Of a stretch of DNA of 64,000 bases, positions 60,926 through 64,000 are shown piece after piece. This DNA comes from Callorhinchus milii (taxonomy: Eukaryota), in NCBI RefSeq assembly GCF_018977255.1, contig NW_024704742.1, positions 16,494,001 through 16,558,000 on the forward strand, given 5' to 3'. Numbering within the stretch: position 1 is the stretch's first letter; each line of letters opens with the position of its first letter. The position numbers were made by a program, and so were the translations under genes. The notes beneath the pieces were generated by a model that was given only the letters and a program-made list of their open reading frames with translations, made no database searches and was not told the DNA's origin.

Positions 60926-61735
60926 ATTATCGTTATCAATATAAAACACCACAATGCATTAGAACATGTTTGCCCACACGTGTTGTGTTCTTGTAAAGGA
61001 TTATACCTCCAGGATGAAAGAACATGCACAAATCAGAACCTTTCAGACTCTTTAGATTTTGCCGACATATGAGAGCGATAATATACTCAGAAATGAATTG
61101 AAGGATACCAGATGTCAACCGGCACACACTTAAGATAATCTACTAATTTGTTAAAATCAAACTGACAGTCATATGTGCTGAAATATTGATGGCTTTGCCA
61201 TTAGAAAATAAAACACGTCCCTGGGATAATTAGAACCTGCCATTTCTGCCTATCATTTTAATGTATCGCTGTAGAGCTAACAGTAACAGGCTTTCTGTCA
61301 GTTTAAGTGATTGGTATTATCTTACAAAGCCTTTTTAGATATTTAGATGATACCATCCACGAAAATAACATTGATCAGCCATATTGTTCCACTGAATCAT
61401 CTAAAACTCCAAGGATTCATGATGACGTTTCTTTCAAAGGAAATAAGAACACAATGATTTTTAAACAAGCAAATATCTAGTTACAATAAAACCATGTAAG
61501 ACTTAGTGATTCTGCCTTAAATTTATATGTACACAGAAGTATGATGGGATGGAATTCCAAAGAGCGGGAGCAGAATGACTGAAAACCCGCCCTCTGATAC
61601 CTTTCTGTTAGCATATTGGTCCAGTTTACATGATATAAGTTCCTAGTTGGTCTTATTGCTATGTCTATATTATATAAGTTTTACTTTTGGACAAACACAA
61701 TTTGATACATTTCTCTGTCACCCAGACAAATTCAA

Positions 61736-62167
61736 AACAACAACAACAACAAGATTTCATTTATAGAGCGCCTTCACGTCGGGAGGATGTCCCAAGGCGC
61801 TGGACAGTTGGGTCAGGACCTGAGCAGGGGGGAAATGGTCAGGGTGAGGGGAGGGAAGGGAGGGAGCGAGGAGGGGGTAGAGAGTCGAGAGGGGAGCTGA
61901 AGGCATGGTCAAAGAGAAAGGTCTTGAGACCGGCCTTGAAGGAGGAAAGGGAGGAGGCGGCGAAGGCACTGGGGGATGGAGTTCCAGAGTCTAGGGGCTG
62001 AGAGGCTGAAGGCCCGGCCACCGATCGTAGGGCGGTTGGGGCGGGGGATGTGGAGCAGACCGGAGCCAGAGGAACGGAGGGTACGGGCAGGTAGGTAGGG
62101 GGATAGTAGGTCGGAGAGGTAGGAGGGAGCAAGGCCGTGAATGGCCTTGTAGGTGAGGATGAGATCA
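61736..62167 (-). mobile_element. Young L2-clade LINE 3' end
   Basis: LILTYKAIHGLAPSYLSDLL...LRSSGSGLL...IGGRAFSLSAPRLWNSIP; FKAGLKTFLF; (CAA)n tail; CpGs retained. Confidence 0.93.
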
Positions 62168-62689
62168 TGAGAGAATGAAAGCATTTTGATCCACATTGAG
62201 ATTATTCTAAAATATTTATAGTAATATCCAAGGAAAGAAGTAAATATGCGCTAAAGTTTCACATTGGAGAGCCTGGGATTTACTGAATCTCAAGCACATT
62301 GCAGATCCATTTGCAATTAATAAAATCTTGTTTAGAATGTTTCCTGGAACACTTTTTTTATAAGGAGACTGTGTGGTCCATTTGATGCTCAGGAATTTTC
62401 CAACAACGGATTCAGAGAAGACTGAATCTTGTCCCATTAATTTGATGTCTGATGCAGGGTCAAAAGGGTTGGAAGGTGCATACGATAAAACATATCATGG
62501 ATCGCTGCAAAACTGGAATTACTGGCAACCCATTTGACAGTTGAAACAGCATTTGGAAGAGAAAAATAAGTTAGCAGTTCAGGTATGAACTTTCAATATA
62601 ATTGGCACAGCGAGACTCAACATAAGCCAGAGGAGAACAACTCCAGGAAAAAGAGGCATTAATAAATACTCATATAACAAAGAGTCTGA

Positions 62690-62820
62690 TAATAATAATC
62701 CTTGCATTTTATATAGCACCTTATTACGTTGTTGATACATCTCAAAACGCTTCACAGAATATACTGTAATGAATTGACTGTATATTTTGGGGCGAAACGC
62801 TGCAGCCGATTGTGTACAGA
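62690..62820 (-). mobile_element. SINE 3' fragment
   Basis: (AAT)n CCTTGCATTTTATATAGC...GCTTCACAGAATATACTG...GGCGAAACGCTGCAGCC. Confidence 0.8.
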
Positions 62821-63094
62821 TGATAAGGCCATTAAAATATTTGGGGTAAAATTTACTACTTTTTAAGGTTTTTAAGACTTGTTAAGATTTGTCGTGCTAA
62901 TTATCATTGGCAATAATCATTGTTGGTTATAATTAATACAAAGGACAGCATTTATGGTATTTAATATTAAGGCTTCAGCCCAACTCTTTAGTGTTCTATT
63001 TTTAAAGAGATTTGAAGATATTCAGAGGCAAAATAATTATGACTGAACGCTTAGCAGTGAAGAATATGGATCAGAAGAATGGGATAGGGGAACA

Positions 63095-63280
63095 AGAATG
63101 GTAGAAGCTGAGTCCATGATAGCTTTTAAAAGGGAATTGGAAGAAATAGTTGAGGAAATATAATTTGGAGAAAATAGCAGGAGAATGGGATTTGAGTAGT
63201 AAGCTGTACTATACATTTACAGAAAAGCTGACACGATAAGAGACATCATGGGCCAAATGGTCTCCTTCTGTGGTATAAAC
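63095..63280 (+). mobile_element. CR1 3' fragment
   Basis: GGTAGAAGCTGAGTCCATGATAGCTTTTAAAAGGGAATTGG...ATGGGCCAAATGGTCTCCTTCTGTG. Confidence 0.7.
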
Positions 63281-64000
63281 ATCAAAGGGATATAAATTAT
63301 ATATCTAATCCTCTGATTGGCAAGAATAAATTAAAAAAATGAGGTGTTATTGCACAATACGTAGTATTCATAATTATTCATAACAATAATTAATTATTTG
63401 GATTTATTTGTATCGTCTTTCACATGAAAATAAGCATCTTGAAGCGCTTTACAAGATATAATTAATTAGAAATGAGGTGATTGTTGTTCTACAGGCCAAC
63501 ATGATAGCTAGTCTGTACCAGCAATATCTCATATACAGTGCTGAGATTAGTAGCCAATTCATTTGTATTTGGTGATAAATTTAGTTGGGATGGGATGGTT
63601 TTATAATACAGGACAACTGGGAGAAAGATTCCACAATTATTTGCAATAATATTTAGACATTCCACAAAATATTAATGAATGAGCGGTTAGTGAATGTAAC
63701 TCATCAAGAATTAATTGCTCCTCAGCAGATGTACATTATGGATAATAAAATTTAGGATCAGTACATAACTGAGCAACCAGTATTTGCACATGCATAATGT
63801 AGTGGAACATCAATCTCTTTTTTGCACCAGTTTCCCCATAATTTAACATCATTCTCTACAGATTTCAATGCAAGATTCAAATCAAGATTCAAACATATGT
63901 TTTGATGTATTTGAAAATAATAAATAATAATAAACCTTGCATTTGCCTTAACATGTTGTCATGACCTCTCATAGGACTTCAAAAGATTTTGCTGTACAGT

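Noticed and set aside
62542..62588. Possible plus-strand micro-exon (LKQHLEEKNKLAVP, donor CAG|gtatga)
   Set aside because: Weak polypyrimidine tract, isolated, no partner exons or homology.
1..64000. CRISPR array, operon or other prokaryotic-type system
   Set aside because: The sequence is vertebrate-type, non-coding and retroelement-rich. There are no regularly spaced repeat-spacer units and no long ORFs.

Overview
AT-rich eukaryotic, vertebrate-type non-coding DNA. The repeat content points to a cartilaginous fish, most likely a holocephalan such as elephant shark or a chimaera; this is inferred from the repeat families and not proven. The window is dominated by retroelement debris: 5'-truncated CR1-clade and L2-clade LINEs, plus at least three related tRNA-headed SINE forms with a DeuSINE-type body and an L2-like 3' tail. 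These are often nested inside one another, several with visible target-site duplications. Every ORF in the track that resembles a real protein is a fragment of LINE ORF2 reverse transcriptase. I recognise no host protein-coding gene, rRNA, true tRNA or CRISPR array, so the window is probably a large intron or intergenic region. I found no well-supported new biological system. The best leads are: a speculative phase-compatible chain of five small minus-strand exons starting with a signal-peptide-like leader; a MITE-like insertion with internal repeats; unclassified repeats, including a perfectly conserved 25-mer downstream of CR1 3' ends; a SINE domain-deletion series; and a strong strand bias of the old SINEs. 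Repeat boundaries were read by eye and are approximate.
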